Notes under the pieces: model-generated | The model's database searches: none | What the model saw: only the letters and a program-made list of their open reading frames with translations | What the model was told of the DNA's origin: nothing | Origin: Verrucomicrobiia bacterium | GTDB taxonomy: Bacteria; Verrucomicrobiota; Verrucomicrobiia; Limisphaerales; Palsa-1400 | Length of the DNA: 64,000 nucleotides | NCBI GenBank assembly: GCA_036501625.1 | Contig: DASXZY010000042.1 | Span: forward strand, 1,929-65,928 | Direction: 5' to 3' | Made by a program: the position numbers and the translations under genes | In this document: positions 61,831-64,000 of the stretch, in pieces | How positions within the stretch are numbered: the stretch's first letter is position 1 | Layout: every line of letters begins with the position of its first letter

Positions 61831-64000
61831 TCAATAAGGAGCGTATAACTCCGCGCCGCCAAAGAAATCGCCGCCGGAATCGTCACCGCCCGCGATCAGC
61901 ACAAATCCGTTCGGCAACAACGTTGACGTGTGCCAGCGGCGCGCGGTGTTGAGCGAGGCGGCGGCCTCCCATGTCCCGGCAGCCGGATTGAACAACTCCG
62001 CGCTGGCGAGAACGCCGTTCGCGCCCAAGCCTCCGGCCGCGAGAACCAGTCCGCTTGGCAGGAGCGTCGCGGTATGATATTCGCGCGCGGCATTGAGCGG
62101 ACCGGTGGCCGTCCATGTCCCGCTGGCCGGATTATACAATTCCGCGCTAGCCAGATAGCTGGCCGCATCGTCTCCGCCGGCGGCCAGCACCATCCCGTTG
62201 GGGAGCAAAGTCGCCGTGTGCCATTCTCTGGGAGTATTGAGCAAACCGGCAACCGACCAAATGCCGGCGGCGGGATTGTATAATTCCGCGCTGGCCAGCA
62301 CGCCGGACGCGCCGCCGCCGCCTGCGACCAGCACCTGGCCATTCGGAAGCAGAGTGGCCGAATGGTAAACGCGCGCGGCATGGAGCGAGCCGGTGCGCGT
62401 CCACGTTCCATTGGCCGAGTTGTACAATTCCGCGCTGGCGAGAATCCCGGCGGAGTAGTTATAGCCGCCTGCCACCAGCACCAAACCGTTGGGGAGCAAA
62501 GTCGCCGTGTGCCAGACCCTGGCGTCATTCATCGCGCCCGTATTGGTCCAGGCTCCCGTGATTGGATTATACCGCTCGGCGGATGCAAGGGGGCCGCCGT
62601 CGCCGCCGCCCGCGTTTTCTCCGCCCGCGACCAAAACCGAATCATTGGGCAGCAAGGTCGCCGTGTGCGAGTAGCGCCCGGTATTGAGCGAGCCGGTGTT
62701 TGTCCATGCCCCGGTATTGGGGCTGTCCGCCAGGTTGAACAACTCCGAGTCGGCAATGGGAGGTATGGTGTAATTATAACCGCCGGCCGCCAGCACCTGC
62801 CCGTTGGGCAGCAAGGTCGCCGTCCCCACGGTGCGCGAGAGGTTCATCGATCCTGTCACGTCAAATTTTGTGTCCGCCGGAGGGGCCGCGTACAGTTCCG
62901 CGCTGGCAAGAGTCGCCCTGGCAGCCTCGCCTCCGGCCATGAGCGCCAAGCCGTCAGGCAGCAGCGTCGCCGTATGATACAAGCGCGCGGTGTTGAGAGA
63001 ACAGGTCCAGTCCCATGTGCCATGGAGCGGGTCGTACAATTCCCCGCTGGCCAAAAGGCCCATGGCAAAGTTTTCGCCGCCTGAGACAAAGACCAATCCA
63101 TTGGGCAGCAGCGTCGCCGAATGGGCTTCGCGCGCCGTATTGAGCGGATTGCAATTCGTCCACCTCCCCGAGACAGGATTATACAATTCCGCCGAGCTAA
63201 TCGTATTGCCGGAAGCGCCGATGCCGCCGGCAGCGAGGACCAGGCCGTTGGGCAGCAGGGTCGCGGTGTGCCAATCTCTGGCCATATTCAGCGAGCCGGT
63301 GACGGCCCACGTCCCCGCCGTGGGATTATATATTTCCGCATTGGAAATGGAATTGCCGGAGGCGTTAACCCCGCCGGCGGCAAGCACAAACCCGCTGGGC
63401 AGCAAGGTCGCCGTATGATAGGCGCGCGCGGCATGGAGAAAGCCGCTGCTGGCCCATTTTCCCGTGGCCGGGTTGTATAACTCGGACGTCGAAAGAGGAC
63501 GATTTCCGGTTCCCAATCCGCCGGCCGCCAGAACCAGGCCGTTCGGCAATAACGTGGCCGTGGGATATTCGCGCGCGGCGGTGAGGGCGCCGGTGGCCGT
63601 CCAGGCGCCGGTGGCCGGATTATACAATTCCGCGGTGGTGATGGGTGTTCCGCCCGCGTTCATTCCGCCCGCCGCGAGCACCAAGCCGCTGGGCAGCAGG
63701 GTGGCCATATGATTCGCGCGCGCGGTTTTCATGGAACCGGTGGCCGTCCATGCTCCCGTGGCCGGATTATACAACTCCGCGCTGGCGAGGACGCCATTCG
63801 CATCGGTTCCTCCAGCGGCCAAAACCAGGCCGTTGGGCAGGAGCGTCGCGGTGGAACCCTGGCGCGCGGTATTCAGCGCGGTGCCGGGCGAAAGCTGGCA
63901 CGAGCCGGACTGCACCAAATCGTTGATCAAATCCTGCCCGGATGGCGTGCCCAATCCGGTGCAAAGATCGTATCCTGGCGCCGCGGAAAACCTGGCGGGA
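61831..64000 (-). CDS. Kelch-type beta-propeller repeat protein, 14 tandem blades; 5' end runs off the window
   Basis: The reading frame stays open to base 64000 (the track start at 63954 is a TTG inside it). Fourteen ~48-aa repeats of the form HTATLLPNGLVLAAGG......LASAELYNPATGTWT.TGSLNTAR. Confidence 0.85.
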   Translation of the reverse strand, partial: PARFSAAPGYDLCTGLGTPSGQDLINDLVQSGSCQLSPGTALNTARQGSTATLLPNGLVLAAGGTDANGVLASAELYNPATGAWTATGSMKTARANHMATLLPSGLVLAAGGMNAGGTPITTAELYNPATGAWTATGALTAAREYPTATLLPNGLVLAAGGLGTGNRPLSTSELYNPATGKWASSGFLHAARAYHTATLLPSGFVLAAGGVNASGNSISNAEIYNPTAGTWAVTGSLNMARDWHTATLLPNGLVLAAGGIGASGNTISSAELYNPVSGRWTNCNPLNTAREAHSATLLPNGLVFVSGGENFAMGLLASGELYDPLHGTWDWTCSLNTARLYHTATLLPDGLALMAGGEAARATLASAELYAAPPADTKFDVTGSMNLSRTVGTATLLPNGQVLAAGGYNYTIPPIADSELFNLADSPNTGAWTNTGSLNTGRYSHTATLLPNDSVLVAGGENAGGGDGGPLASAERYNPITGAWTNTGAMNDARVWHTATLLPNGLVLVAGGYNYSAGILASAELYNSANGTWTRTGSLHAARVYHSATLLPNGQVLVAGGGGASGVLASAELYNPAAGIWSVAGLLNTPREWHTATLLPNGMVLAAGGDDAASYLASAELYNPASGTWTATGPLNAAREYHTATLLPSGLVLAAGGLGANGVLASAELFNPAAGTWEAAASLNTARRWHTSTLLPNGFVLIAGGDDSGGDFFGGAELYAPY

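Overview
High-GC bacterial chromosomal segment. The gene families present (Gloeo_Verruco 'GloVer' repeats, PSCyt/DUF1549/DUF1553 + DUF1501 pair, PEP-CTERM tail, 14-blade Kelch array, many Tat or signal-peptide proteins) point to Verrucomicrobiota/PVC; this taxonomy is inferred from families only. Most of the window is ordinary core genome. It includes a complete TonB-dependent uptake operon (receptor-tonB-exbB-exbD-exbD plus a coupled coiled-coil gene), two ABC exporters, clpP-clpX, an aminotransferase, rpiB, prmC, pyrF, polX, thiD, an ECF sigma/anti-sigma pair, an MCP, two large sensor kinases, an M28 peptidase and a ThuA protein. The clearest accessory region is a ~9.3-kb integrative element (16218-25569) inserted in the 3' end of tRNA-Leu(UAG). 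It is bracketed by a 42-bp direct repeat and carries an integrase, an excisionase-type HTH and a Toprim/DUF3631 primase. TGTGTCG repeats that look like arm-type sites sit next to both att ends, and the lower-GC cargo consists of four genes of unknown function, two of them secreted with a shared C-terminal tail. Other items worth a second look are a single-gene OLD/PARIS-like ABC-ATPase (11355-13178) next to an ABC exporter fused to a cNMP-binding domain, and a ~120-bp tandem repeat array with 10-bp phased AAAAC tracts upstream of the tRNA. There is also a translationally coupled serine protease / pseudo-protease pair in which a PDZ is nested inside the protease fold, and a palindromic GATTAAGATTA element at two convergent gene junctions. 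No rRNA or CRISPR array was seen. Many long ORFs in the track are antisense or alternate-frame shadows typical of GC-rich DNA. All functional calls rest on motif recognition by eye; no database search was possible.
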